From Piromyces finnis finn (lineage: Eukaryota > Fungi > Neocallimastigomycota): DNA of 64,000 nucleotides. The position numbers and the translations under genes are program-made. Each line of letters begins with the position of its first letter. Within the stretch, counting starts at the first letter, position 1. Below, piece by piece: positions 45,578 through 57,272 of this stretch. The DNA lies in NCBI GenBank assembly GCA_002104945.1, contig MCFH01000008.1, positions 1,172,216 to 1,236,215 on the forward strand. The letters run 5' to 3'. Below the pieces are notes generated by a model that saw only the letters and a list, made by a program, of their open reading frames with translations, was not told where the DNA came from and did not search any database.

Positions 45578-46981
45578 TTAAATATAATTTAAAGTCTTTA
45601 ATTGTTCATTAATAATATTTATTTGGGTGATTGCAATCATCATTTGAAATTTAGTTTCTTCTATTTTATCTTCTAATTTATTTCTTATATTAAAGGTATC
45701 TATCATCACTTGATTAAAACTAGAATGAGCAAAATTATGATAATTAGGTTGAGGTTCGGTCATCATACGATGTTGAGACACTTCACGAGACGGAATATCT
45801 GGTTCAAATGAGGTAGACATAGAGTCAAAAAGATTTAAATGAGAAGGCTTACTTGGTTGACTTAATTTATCAAAATAAAAATCTAATGAATCTCTTCTAG
45901 ATATCAAATCAATCCTTGGTATAACTTTTTCGATACTATAATCCTTTCCATTTTTCTTATTATTTATTTTTGGTGGAACTGAATCAGAACTGGAGTGGGA
46001 TTGAGTATAGAATGATAAAGAAGAAGGTTTTGGTAGATGGGATGATATTTCATCATTAGATGATTTAGTAGTCATTGGAGTTACTATAGTCATGGTTGGT
46101 GATAAAGTTGTATATGGAGGTTCAAATGGATTTTTAATTTCAACACAAGATGAAGAATATTGAGTTGAATCATTTGAAGGGATAGGAGGTGGAAGTAAAG
46201 AAGAAGAAAAAGAGTTTTCTTCTGCTACGTTAGTATATTGACTATATTCTAAATTAATAAAGTTTTTATATTGTAAAAGTTTTTGATGATCCTTCATTTC
46301 TTCTAAATACATTTCATCCAATGATGGGGCTGACGGTTGATTATCATGGAATAAAGAAGGTGATATTGGTAATGTCACGGATTCTGATAATTTTGATTTT
46401 GGTCTAGGGGATTTTACAGTAGGTTTTATTGGAGGAGTAAGCATTTTTGAGGAATTATTTTTTACAGAATCATTTTGACGAATTTTGGTATTATATATGG
46501 TGGATGATGTTGGTGTAGTTTTAGAACGTTTTAAATTTGAAATTTTTAATATATTTTTATCAGGTGAGAAGGAGTTTATAGAATCTATCGGTAATGGAGA
46601 GGAAGAATATTTATTTTTATGACTTTGAAGATTTTTTAATACTTCAGGTGATGGTAGGGAAAAACGTCTAGTTTTAAAATCATTTTCATTAGTTGAAGAA
46701 AATATTTCTCTTTTTTTATCACTTTTATTCATATTATCATTAGTGTTGATATGATGTTTTTTATTTTTCATATTAACATCCGATTGAATTAAACCATTGG
46801 AATGAATAAAAGTAATTACATTTTTTTTGATATCATCTTTTTTTGATAGAGAAATAGTTTCATAACTTTTGCTATTAAATTTTTTTGTTAATGCTTTTTT
46901 TATTTTCTTAACTTTTCCATAATCAGAACGTTTACTTTTTGTTCTTTGAAGAACACTAGTAGAATTATTTCCTGACTTCAT
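45578..46981 (-). CDS. Hypothetical 467-aa Ser/Pro-rich disordered protein with C-terminal coiled coil
   Basis: Long intronless ORF. RRFS and RRDS basophilic sites. C-terminal helix FNIRNKLEDKIEETKFQMMIAITQINIINEQL. Confidence 0.8.
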   Translation of the reverse strand: MKSGNNSTSVLQRTKSKRSDYGKVKKIKKALTKKFNSKSYETISLSKKDDIKKNVITFIHSNGLIQSDVNMKNKKHHINTNDNMNKSDKKREIFSSTNENDFKTRRFSLPSPEVLKNLQSHKNKYSSSPLPIDSINSFSPDKNILKISNLKRSKTTPTSSTIYNTKIRQNDSVKNNSSKMLTPPIKPTVKSPRPKSKLSESVTLPISPSLFHDNQPSAPSLDEMYLEEMKDHQKLLQYKNFINLEYSQYTNVAEENSFSSSLLPPPIPSNDSTQYSSSCVEIKNPFEPPYTTLSPTMTIVTPMTTKSSNDEISSHLPKPSSLSFYTQSHSSSDSVPPKINNKKNGKDYSIEKVIPRIDLISRRDSLDFYFDKLSQPSKPSHLNLFDSMSTSFEPDIPSREVSQHRMMTEPQPNYHNFAHSSFNQVMIDTFNIRNKLEDKIEETKFQMMIAITQINIINEQLKTLNYI

Positions 46982-48226
46982 TTTTTTTTTTTTTTTTTTT
47001 TACCTTTGTAATCAATTTTTTTTAATAAATATAGAGAAAATATTTTTTTTCCTTTGATAATCCAGATATCACCAAAAAATAAATAAATTAATATATACAG
47101 ATTATTATGCAAAAATATAATATATATATATGAATATATGAATATTCTTATCGTTTATATAATAGTAAAATCTATATAATTATGAATATAAATTTCTTGC
47201 TAAATGAATTATACTTGTATAATTATCTTACTGTTATATAAAGAATAGAATAAAAAAAAAAAGATTAAACTTTTATTAGTATATATTATAATTGAATATT
47301 ATAGTGATATTTTTTTAATTAGTAAGAATAATAATTGCTATTTTAGTAAATTATTTTATATTCTTTATAAGGAAAAAAAAAAAAAGTATATATAATAGCT
47401 TTTATTATTATTTTTTTTTTTTAGTTTTTAGTTCTTATAGCTACCATTCAATATATATATACATACACATATATTAATTAATAATCAATTATAAAAAAAA
47501 CTGAAAATAATGTAATAATAAATAATAGTTTATTATTATTATTATTATTTATTTATTTATTTTTAAATAAAAAAAGCGAATAAAAATAGTAAAAAATAGT
47601 ATTAATTATATCAATTGATTTATATAAACTATTATTATATATAATGATTGAAATATCTTAATAATTAATAGGGAATATTATTAACCCAGAAAAGCAACTA
47701 TTTCAAAAGTCAACTTTAATTGTTGTTGAACACTAAATACAGATTTGGTAGAAATATTTAATAATAAAATAAAAAGTTAATAAAAGTTTTATTCCTTTTT
47801 ATTTTATTATTTAATAATTTATTCAAACCTTTTTTTTTTATAGTTTCTCTGGTATAAGATATTACCTATTTATTACTATTTTTTTCCACTTTCTTTATTT
47901 TATATTTTTACTTTTTTATTTTGTTTTATTTTTTTATATTATCATACAACTTGAGTTTTAAGTTTTAATTTATTTCAGTAAAAAAAAAAATAAATAAAAA
48001 TAAAATATGTTTATAATTAAATAAAATGATTAGCTTTAAGTAGTTTTTTTTTTTTTTTTTATAATAACTATTATTATTATTTATATATAAATTAAAGAAG
48101 ATATGATATTTAGTCAAGTTTTCTAACTAAAAAAAATTTTAATTAATAATTTGCAGGAAAAAAAAAAAGATTTAAAAATTTAATATTTTCTTTTAAATGT
48201 TTAATTTAACATTTTATTTGATGAAG

Positions 48227-48272
<46 letters not shown>

Positions 48273-49597
48273 AAATTCTAGTATATGTATAATAAAATAA
48301 AAACTATAAAAATAAATTCTTTATTTCATAAAATCTTACAATTAAAAATGTTTTTTTTTTTTTTTTATTTTTATTTTTTGTATAATCTCTTTTTTTTTAA
48401 TTGTGGTTTTGAATTTTAAATTAAAAAATCATTAATTAAAAATAAAGTTTAATTAAATAATATGTATTTTAAATATATTACAATTAAATCCATTGAATTA
48501 AATTATTCTAAAAAAGTTTTTATTAAATATAAAAAATGAAATACAATATTATAAAAAAAAAAAAAAGCTATTACATTAATATCATGCCTTTTTATTATTA
48601 TAATTATTATTATTATTAATTTTGTTATAAAATATAGTTTATATAGAATGTTATGATACAATATATTTTAATGTATCAATAATAATAGTTTATATCGATT
48701 ATATTATTATTATTATTATTATTATGGCTTTAACAAGTTTAAGTAAAAAAGAGTGTAATATCAATAAGGATTAAAGATTTAATAAAAAAAAAATTTATAT
48801 TAAATCTTTTATATATTTAAAATATTTAAATGAATGAATCTATTAAAAAAGTATCACAAATCAAATAATGAATTGTGATCCTTTTTTTTTGTTGTTGTTT
48901 GTTTAGTTTAATACTTATATTATTCTTTTTATTTATATTTTCCTTTATTTTGATGGTATCCTTCCACTTTTAAAAATGAAAAAGTTTTAATTATCAATTC
49001 ATTACTCGAATTATTTATAATGATTCTTTTATATTATATATATATATTACTATTGATTTTTTATTTTTAAATTTTGTATCAACATGACTACAAAAATTTT
49101 TTTATATTCAATTTCTATACATAGCTTTTGTAAATTCATGCTTTTCTTTCTAAACAGCAACAACAACAATGATAATGATAATAATAATTATAATTCAATA
49201 AAGTAAAATGAAATAATGAAATAATGAAATAATCCTACACACCAATATCGATTATCCATTTTTTTTTTTTTTATATTTTTTATATTTTTTATTATTTTTT
49301 TATAAAAAAATAAAGATTTTTATAAATTAATGTAATAAATATAATATTTTTTATATAAATATCATACTTATATAATAAATTAGAAATGACAAAAAAGTAA
49401 TATTTATAATAAAAATTAAGTAACTACTAAATAATATTTTATTTTAAAACAATTAGATATACTTTTTTTCTTTTTTTTTTTTTAAAAAATGGGTATTATA
49501 GTTTATACTAAACTATTATATATCTAGGCTATATTCATTTTTATATAGAAAATTGCGGGGTTTCTAGAATTAAATGATTCTATTTTTTTTTTTCAAT

Positions 49598-50194
49598 TTA
49601 ATTTTTTTTTTCTTCATAACAAGATTTATTGACTTGGTCTTCAATAAATTCTTTACTATTATTGATCCAGTCAAGTTCATCCCATTGAATCTTATTTTCG
49701 TTACTATCTATTTGATGTTTAAGAATGACTCTTTGGTTGGTAGTAGCTAAAAATTTATCGTAGATTCTCTTTTTTAATAAAAATTTACCTGCTTTAACCA
49801 TACGAACATTTGGTAATTCAAGTAAAGCTTTGTGTTTTCTTTTTACTAATTCCATATTATAACCAGAATAAATACAAACTTTAAATGATGGCTTTAACTT
49901 TTCAATAATAGCACGAACGAAATCAGCTTGGTCTAAAGGTTCACCACCTTGGAAACAAATCCATTGAGAAAGTTCTAACTCATTTAATTTTGATACAACT
50001 TCATCAACAGTGGTTTTTCTTGTCTCATCAAAAGATTGAAGTTCACAATTATGACAATCTGGACAACGAATGCTACATCCTCTAACAAAAACAACAGTAG
50101 CAATTTGTCCTGGAACATCAATAAAAGATAAATTAGTACGTTCAACGTAACCGATAGAACAACCAGTAAAATCTTCAATATCAGCTTCAACCAT
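49598..50194 (-). CDS. nrdG: Anaerobic (class III) ribonucleotide reductase activating enzyme, NrdG-like radical SAM protein
   Basis: SFIDVPGQIATVVFVRGCSIRCPDCHN (CxxxCxxC), FQGGEPL, CIYSGY and KAGKF...ATTNQRV. The 198-aa length and C-terminal TNQ motif fit NrdG rather than PflA or QueE. Intronless. Confidence 0.82.
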   Translation of the reverse strand: MVEADIEDFTGCSIGYVERTNLSFIDVPGQIATVVFVRGCSIRCPDCHNCELQSFDETRKTTVDEVVSKLNELELSQWICFQGGEPLDQADFVRAIIEKLKPSFKVCIYSGYNMELVKRKHKALLELPNVRMVKAGKFLLKKRIYDKFLATTNQRVILKHQIDSNENKIQWDELDWINNSKEFIEDQVNKSCYEEKKN

Positions 50195-50860
50195 GTTTTA
50201 TTTTTATTTTATTCTTGTGATTTTTTTTTTTTATATATATATAGAATTTATATAATTTAACAATTTTTGTAGATTTTTTTATTTTTCAAGATCAGTAAAA
50301 TGAATAGTTTTATTTATTTATTTAGTAATATAAAGTGGTATTTAGTCTTTATAGAACTAAAGAACAAAAAAAAAAAAAATCAAAGTCTACTTTAAATTAA
50401 TAAAAAAATAAATTTAAACAATTTTTTTTTTCAAGAGCTTTTTTTATACTAAATTTTTTTTTTTTTAATTATTCTTTTAAGTTTTCAAAAAAAGAAAAAA
50501 AAAAAAAAAATTTTTTTTATTGTCCTATAAAACTACTCAAAAATTTTATTAAAAAATTTAATAAAGAAATAAAGTATTAAAATTTAATTATTAAAATTTA
50601 ATACTCTATTTCTTTATATTTATTAATTATTATTGTTGTTGCTGTTGTTGTTGTTATTTAAAATATTCTTTATTATCATTATTATTATGCTTACTTATCA
50701 TGAATTATATACAAAATAATATTTAAATAGATGTTTATATAACACAATAAATAATACATTCATCAAAGTAAATAAAAATTTATATAAAATGGTTTATTTG
50801 TATATATTATTCAACTATATCATTGTCCAATACATGAAAATAATAAAAATTTTTATTACT

Positions 50861-50869
50861 GGTGGCAAA
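50861..50869 (+). promoter_or_regulatory. Exact PACE-like motif GGTGGCAAA
   Basis: Identical to the yeast Rpn4 binding element, about 670 bp upstream of the nrdG ATG. Function here is unverified. Confidence 0.35.
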
Positions 50870-51872
50870 GTAACCAGCTATGATAACTTTATAATAATAA
50901 AAAAAAAGCCATTTTTAAACCATAAGTACCACTGGTACTAATACTAAATAAAGGAGAAGTATTTAGAAAATAAAAGCAATATTAAACGTTAAAAATGATA
51001 TTGTATATATATATATATATATATTGAATTTTAATGATATACATGATATATATCTATACGACTATTTATATTTTCAATTTTTATTGTTTTAAACTCTTTT
51101 AATACATTATCCTAGGAATTATAGAATATTTAAAGGTAATTTCACATGTATAGTATTACTTAAACAAAGTTTTTATACGCCATATTCTAAAAGTGAAAAA
51201 AAAAAAATAATAATCCAAGATTAAATTAACAAAAAAATATATATATATATATATACTAAACCAATTAATAATTTTAAAAAAAGTAAACTTTTTAATAAAC
51301 AGCATTTTATTGAAATGTCTTTTATATTGTTTTTAAAAGAAATGTTTTTATTATTGTATATATATAAAACATAATTATTATATGCTATTATAGATTATAA
51401 AAAAAAAAAAGAATATAAAAATAAGGTTTTTTTTTATAAATTGATTTTATTGATAAAGTACACTATGAATATATATTTTAAAAAGGTTTAAAAATCATCT
51501 TGGCTTTTCCTATAGTATATTTAATATCTAGATTTAATTTTTTTCAGATTAAATGAATAAAACAAGGAAATGAAATAATTTAGTTAGAAAGAAATGTTAA
51601 AAAAAAAAAAAAAAAGAATATTATTATTTTTTTAAACTACTTTTTTTTTATTCTATTTTATGCTTTACTTTTGTAATTCATTTCAGTTATTTAAAAAAAA
51701 AAAAAAATATTTATTTAAATAAAAAAAAGAAATATTAGAAAAAAAAATTAATTTAAATTAAAAACTATTAAAGTAAGAAAGGCCACTATCCTCAAAACTT
51801 TTTTTGAATGCTGATAATAACATTATAGGTTTGTTGTTGATTTACTAGAAATGTTCAAGAGTTTTTCAAATA

Positions 51873-52206
51873 TTTTTTTTTTTTTTTTTTTAACGGCATC
51901 AACTATTTTAAACTTTATTATTAATTTAATTAAAATTATAATACATGTAATATAAAAAATTAAAAATTAAAATAAAAAAAAAAATAGGTTTAAATAAACA
52001 CAAATGAATAAAAATTGGGTATAATGGATTCTAGTCATTTTAATTAAAGTAAGAAAGCCACTATTATACTAAAGTATAATAATTGTATTTGACTTCCAAT
52101 GGGACACCGAGCCAAAGATCAAAATTTTATCATGGGACAAAATTATGATCTCCATTGGTTGCGCTGGCCCTCCTGGCCTGTCTTACTGTTTCTTCAGCAT
52201 TGACGC
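51873..52206 (-). mobile_element. 5'-truncated LINE copy (about 335 bp) with 11-bp TSD
   Basis: Poly(T) 51873-51891, then near-identity to 52508-52823. TTTTTCAAATA is duplicated at 51862-51872 and 52207-52217. Confidence 0.95.
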
Positions 52207-52424
52207 TTTTTCAAATAATATAATAAAAATAACTCCTCAATTAGCTAATTTATGTTTATTTTTTTTTTTTTTTAATAATTGTACTTGATCAAACCTACAA
52301 AACATTTAAAAGTAACTGACGAGTATTTTTGTTTTTTTGTTTTTGTTTTTCGTACTTGAACACTTTTATGGTTTATTGGTATTATTTTTCTTTAAAAAAA
52401 AATGTTAGTCTTCAGATTGCTTAA

Positions 52425-52476
<52 letters not shown>
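52425..52476. repeat. (ATT)n abutting the LINE poly(A)
   Basis: Direct reading. Confidence 0.9.
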
Positions 52477-52510
<34 letters not shown>

Positions 52511-52745
52511 GGCATCAAATATTTTAAACTTTATTATTAATTTAATTAAAATTATAATACATGAAATATAAAAATTAAAATAAAATAAAAATAAAAAAAA
52601 TATGTTTAAATAAACACAAATGAATAAAAATTGGGTATAATGTATTCTAGTAATTTTAATTAAAGTAAGAAAGCCACTATCATACTAAAGTATAATAATT
52701 GTATTTGACTTCCAATGGGACACCGAGCCAAAGATCAAAATTTTA

Positions 52746-55700
52746 TCATGGGACAAAATTATGATCTCCATTGGTTGCGCTGGCCCTCCTGGCCTGTCTT
52801 ACTGTTTCTTCAGCATTGACGCTCTTGGATGTTGCTTCAAACCTTTTGAACATTGACCATTGCTGGCCAATAGCAAAAGGCATGATTTTGGTTAGAAGTT
52901 CCGCGGTTACCGTCAAGAATGGTGTTCCTTCATTAGTACCAGATTGAATCTGACGCTTACAAAGTTCTTTCCATTCCCTTGAATTGTAATTGATATTGTT
53001 AAAACTTCTTCCCCCAAGAAGGAATTTAAATATTTTACTGCACACACTAGAATAATCATACACATTAATATTCACCGGATTATTAGAACTATTACTATCA
53101 TTAACTAAATTACTATCTAAATTAGAATTATTATCTTCACTATTGCTATCATTACTAATATTATTATTTCTATTACTACTATTGTTATTATTACTATTGT
53201 TACTATTACTATTGTTATTATTACTATTGTTACTATTACTATTAATATTATTACTATCTCTACTGATATTATCAATTTCATTATTATTGATAGGACTATT
53301 GGAATTACGTTGACTGAAAAAATTTAATAGCTGGACTATGGAATCATAATGTTTAATACGGATATCTCTAAATGTTGGACAATCTAATAACCAATGTTTA
53401 ATACTTTGATCTCCACACTTGCAACATGGACAGTAGTTAGGACAAACTGGATCAACAAATTTGGCAGCTTTGGCAACTCTAGCATCCAACTTGTATCCGC
53501 TTCTTGCTTTCAATAGCCAGTAGAAGCCATAGGCAAACTCTGGGTATTCATAACATAATTTAATAAAATCTTTAGTATCAATAAACTTATTATCATCATA
53601 ATATTGCGCTTTGATTGAATTCCCTTTGAGATCTTTCCAATAAAAGTTTTTAACTGCTTTAACATCTCCATGTTTCTTTAGTTTTTTATCAAGTGTCCTA
53701 CTTGATTTGCACCACGTGTATTTTCTAAATTTAGGAATGTAATTGACAAGGTATGAGATAATACAATTTGAGTTTTTCCATTTGTTAAAACATCTAACCT
53801 GAGCTAACGCACATTTGGCTGACAATGGAGGAATATTCAAATCTTTTGAAATAGAGTATAAAGATATAAACGATACAGCTTTATGAACTCCGGCAACCCA
53901 TCGTATTCCTTTGTTAACATGCTTCTGTGCAATTCTAGACCTGGCTTTGTTGGATCCAAGTAATGGTGCAAAGTATGAAACTCTGCTAATCACTTGTGAG
54001 TTAAGTACTAGCTTTTTGAAGGGAATAGGAATATTAGGATTTCTTAAGAATTTACTGACTGAAAAAAGCCCTTTCAAAACCTTGTTATTAAGAGCTTTAA
54101 TAACTGGTTTAAGGGACAGATTCTTATCAAATGGAACACCAAGATAAGTATAACAATCAGTAGTTGGAATGGGTTGTCCTGCTAAGTAAAATGTTGGATC
54201 TCTCTTGTTCTGATTTTCTATTGATTCAGGACGAATCACCATCGTTGAACACTTCTGGATACCAAATTCCATTTCATTATACAAGGCCCATTCATTAACT
54301 CTTCTAAGCATCTTTTTTAAGCATCCTCTTGTTGGAGCACAAATAACTATATCATCTGCAAAAAGTCCACCACAGCATCGAGTGTCACCTAAACTGACTC
54401 CGAGATCTTCACACTCTTTAAATATATCATTAATAAAGAAATTAAAGAGAATAGGAGAAAGAGGGCATCCTTGACGGACTCCTTTCTTCACATCAAAAGA
54501 TTTCGAGAATTGTCCATCTAATTTGACATTAGCCTTAGATGTTAAATATAAATTTTTGATGAATTGTAAACTCTTACCTCGGATTCCTAAACAATCTAAT
54601 TTATGGAGAATATTACCGATTGGGACTGAATCGTATGCTTTCCTGAGATCTAAAAAGGCCAAATATGTCTCTTTATTATCTAATTGACGTCTACGGCATA
54701 TTTCTTGGATTGAAATGAAAAGACTGATACTTTCTTCCTTTTTTCGAAAACCAAATTGTTCAGGTCTAATGAAATTATTCTTTAGACCATATTCTGAGAT
54801 TCTAGTGGTGACAATTTTGGAAATCAACTTAATACCATTATTGATAAGTGATATACCTCGATAGTTATCACAATCTGTCAAATCTCCCTTCTTAGGAATA
54901 GAAACAATACTGGATTCATTCCATGAGTTGGGGAAGTCTCCATCCCAAATACGGTTGAATAATTTAAGAATAAAATTTAAACCATAAGCATCATTATCTG
55001 AAGTGGTATTACCGGAAGAATTATTATCTGTAGCATTATTAGAATCATTACTTGATGGAATTAATGCTTTGTAAAATTCAATTGGAATACCATCCGGACC
55101 TGATGCTTTATAATTCGGAGTAGAGAGGATAGCTGACTTGACTTCATCAATACTAATATCTTGGTTGATATCCCATTCATCAAGCATAGGGAGTGAAAAA
55201 CGTTTATTCGTTGGTTCTTCATACCAATGCTCCAAATCAAGACTTACACCACTTGGATCTGATGCAAGCTTTTCGAAATGATCATGCCACACATCTAGTT
55301 GTTCTTCCGTAGCAACAACTAATTCTCCATTTTTGTTTTTAATTGGTTGAGCAATAAAGAAAGAATCTTTTCCAATTTTTGCAGTTTTCTTGATCCATTT
55401 CCAGGCCTTCTTAGGATTATGACTCTTCATATACTCACATCCTGTTTTAATCCAATGAAGATATTCTTGTTTCCTAAATTCATTACATCTTTTGTGGATG
55501 TAATCAATGAGCTTACGGTAGATATTAATTCTTTTAATAAATTCATCTATATCATAAATTCTTTCTTTTTTAAATCTCTTATACAACTTCATTTTGATTT
55601 TTTGGAGATTAAAAATTTGTTGTGAAATATGAAATGAAGACTTTATAACATTATTTGCTGAGGTAATACTGAGCTCGTCTGCAATTGAAAAAGCAGTTGA

Positions 55701-57272
55701 AGTAAACTCTTTGGAAAGTTCATCTGTAGAAACATTAGGATCGTTGAATTTTGCTGAAAGTATTTGGAATTTATTATGACTGAGAATAGATTCCTTTTCC
55801 TCAATACATTTTAATCTATTCCATTTCAGAATTTTCTTAGGAACATTAAAGTCATTAGAAAAATCTTCCATAGGAATAATTTTACCATTAAAAAGAAGTG
55901 GCTTATGGTCTGATACAGGATAAAAATTATTTATAAATGATCCTGAGTGAATAAGATCTTTCATCTTCGAATTGATAAGAGCATGGTCAATGTCGGAAGA
56001 TTGATCACCTCGAGTCCAAGAGATAGTAGACCCTCTAAGCGGAAGAATTTCCCAATCTCCTAATCCATTAGTTGATAACCAGTTGGATAATTTTACTTTA
56101 GACATATTAAAATCACCAACAAGAATCGATGGATGGGATGAATGAGTTTGTAACCACAAGCGAACTTCTAACTTTGCATGATCAACATAGATGTTGTGAT
56201 GACTATGAGGCATATAAACATTTCCAATCGAGCATTTGAATCTATTCCAGAGACTAAAAGTATAAATAGAAATAATATACTTTCCAGAGAAGTTTTCAAG
56301 TGAGGCTTGACACGAATTGTGAAAACCTAAATATAAACCTCTCATTCCCGGAACTGATTCGTCAGCTTTCTTGAAAAAGTGTCTATAGTTTCGCAAAGTA
56401 ACACGACAAGGATAATCTGTATTCGATCCAGAACCATTACCAGTTTCTTGGAAACATAAGAATAATGGTTTGAAAATAGCTGTGAAATAGCTAATACTAT
56501 CTCTCTTTTCATGATTCCACCCATTGGTGTTCCAACTAAGACAAAAAGAAAAGTTATCAGGCTTGTTGGATGAGGAAGAATCGTTGCTATTATTATTATT
56601 ATTAAAGTCATCGTTATTAATGGATGATGCATCAGAGGAATAAGTAGAACTATTACTAGATGGCTGTGAAACTGAAGAACTATCAACTATTGAACTGTTA
56701 TCAGAGTTGATAGAACTATTAGAATTAATTGTTGAATGTTGAGATTGAAATTGTGTTTGCTGTAGATCTGGAATATTTTCATGATGGGAAACTTGTTGAA
56801 GATCCTGTTGAAGATCTTGTTGAAGATCGGATTGTTGATGAGATTGTTGAACTGATTGTTGAACTGATTGTTGAAATGATTGTTGAATAGAATGTTGATG
56901 TTTATTAGAAACTAAAATTTTACGTTTGAGAGTGGAAAAAGTGTATTTGTGATTCCTTCTACTACGAGCTGAAAAGGAAATTGAGGTAACTGAAAGTTTC
57001 TTCTTTAACATGTGTAAGATTTTAATACAATCTTTTGATGAACCATGAACCTTGACTAAGAAAAAGTGATCATTGAAAGTTTGAAAATATTTAACACTAA
57101 TAACTGAATTAAGTTTATCTTCTAGAATAACCTCGAGTTTTTCCCATAGCATATTTACTGACCATGATCGAATACCACGGATAAAGAAGGAGCGAATATC
57201 ATCTAAGGGGATACCATAAGACCGGGTACCACGTCTGATATAATTCTTATCTTTAATATAAAGGACTGACAT
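52746..57272 (-). CDS. LINE polyprotein: N-terminal unknown/RRM-like region, AP endonuclease, reverse transcriptase, CCHC zinc knuckle
   Basis: APE: SWNTNG, FQETG, GNVYMP, LVGDFN, SDIDH, SDHKPL. RT: KASGPDGIP, YRGISL, QFGFR, FLDLRKAYDSV, GVRQGCPLSP, LFADDI, YTYLG. Zinc knuckle: CPCCKCGDQSIKHWLLDC. Confidence 0.97.
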   Translation of the reverse strand: MSVLYIKDKNYIRRGTRSYGIPLDDIRSFFIRGIRSWSVNMLWEKLEVILEDKLNSVISVKYFQTFNDHFFLVKVHGSSKDCIKILHMLKKKLSVTSISFSARSRRNHKYTFSTLKRKILVSNKHQHSIQQSFQQSVQQSVQQSHQQSDLQQDLQQDLQQVSHHENIPDLQQTQFQSQHSTINSNSSINSDNSSIVDSSSVSQPSSNSSTYSSDASSINNDDFNNNNNSNDSSSSNKPDNFSFCLSWNTNGWNHEKRDSISYFTAIFKPLFLCFQETGNGSGSNTDYPCRVTLRNYRHFFKKADESVPGMRGLYLGFHNSCQASLENFSGKYIISIYTFSLWNRFKCSIGNVYMPHSHHNIYVDHAKLEVRLWLQTHSSHPSILVGDFNMSKVKLSNWLSTNGLGDWEILPLRGSTISWTRGDQSSDIDHALINSKMKDLIHSGSFINNFYPVSDHKPLLFNGKIIPMEDFSNDFNVPKKILKWNRLKCIEEKESILSHNKFQILSAKFNDPNVSTDELSKEFTSTAFSIADELSITSANNVIKSSFHISQQIFNLQKIKMKLYKRFKKERIYDIDEFIKRINIYRKLIDYIHKRCNEFRKQEYLHWIKTGCEYMKSHNPKKAWKWIKKTAKIGKDSFFIAQPIKNKNGELVVATEEQLDVWHDHFEKLASDPSGVSLDLEHWYEEPTNKRFSLPMLDEWDINQDISIDEVKSAILSTPNYKASGPDGIPIEFYKALIPSSNDSNNATDNNSSGNTTSDNDAYGLNFILKLFNRIWDGDFPNSWNESSIVSIPKKGDLTDCDNYRGISLINNGIKLISKIVTTRISEYGLKNNFIRPEQFGFRKKEESISLFISIQEICRRRQLDNKETYLAFLDLRKAYDSVPIGNILHKLDCLGIRGKSLQFIKNLYLTSKANVKLDGQFSKSFDVKKGVRQGCPLSPILFNFFINDIFKECEDLGVSLGDTRCCGGLFADDIVICAPTRGCLKKMLRRVNEWALYNEMEFGIQKCSTMVIRPESIENQNKRDPTFYLAGQPIPTTDCYTYLGVPFDKNLSLKPVIKALNNKVLKGLFSVSKFLRNPNIPIPFKKLVLNSQVISRVSYFAPLLGSNKARSRIAQKHVNKGIRWVAGVHKAVSFISLYSISKDLNIPPLSAKCALAQVRCFNKWKNSNCIISYLVNYIPKFRKYTWCKSSRTLDKKLKKHGDVKAVKNFYWKDLKGNSIKAQYYDDNKFIDTKDFIKLCYEYPEFAYGFYWLLKARSGYKLDARVAKAAKFVDPVCPNYCPCCKCGDQSIKHWLLDCPTFRDIRIKHYDSIVQLLNFFSQRNSNSPINNNEIDNISRDSNNINSNSNNSNNNNSNSNNSNNNNSSNRNNNISNDSNSEDNNSNLDSNLVNDSNSSNNPVNINVYDYSSVCSKIFKFLLGGRSFNNINYNSREWKELCKRQIQSGTNEGTPFLTVTAELLTKIMPFAIGQQWSMFKRFEATSKSVNAEETVRQARRASATNGDHNFVP

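Noticed and set aside
48226-48269. Poly(A) as the tail of another retro-insertion (preceded by ATTTGATG, like the LINE end)
   Set aside because: Only 8 AT-rich nt of similarity, no TSD, and long A-tracts are common in this genome.
49598-50194. Pyruvate formate-lyase activase or QueE as the identity of the radical-SAM ORF
   Set aside because: It is shorter than typical PflA and has the IDVPG N-terminal and TNQ C-terminal motifs of NrdG. Not fully excluded without an HMM search.
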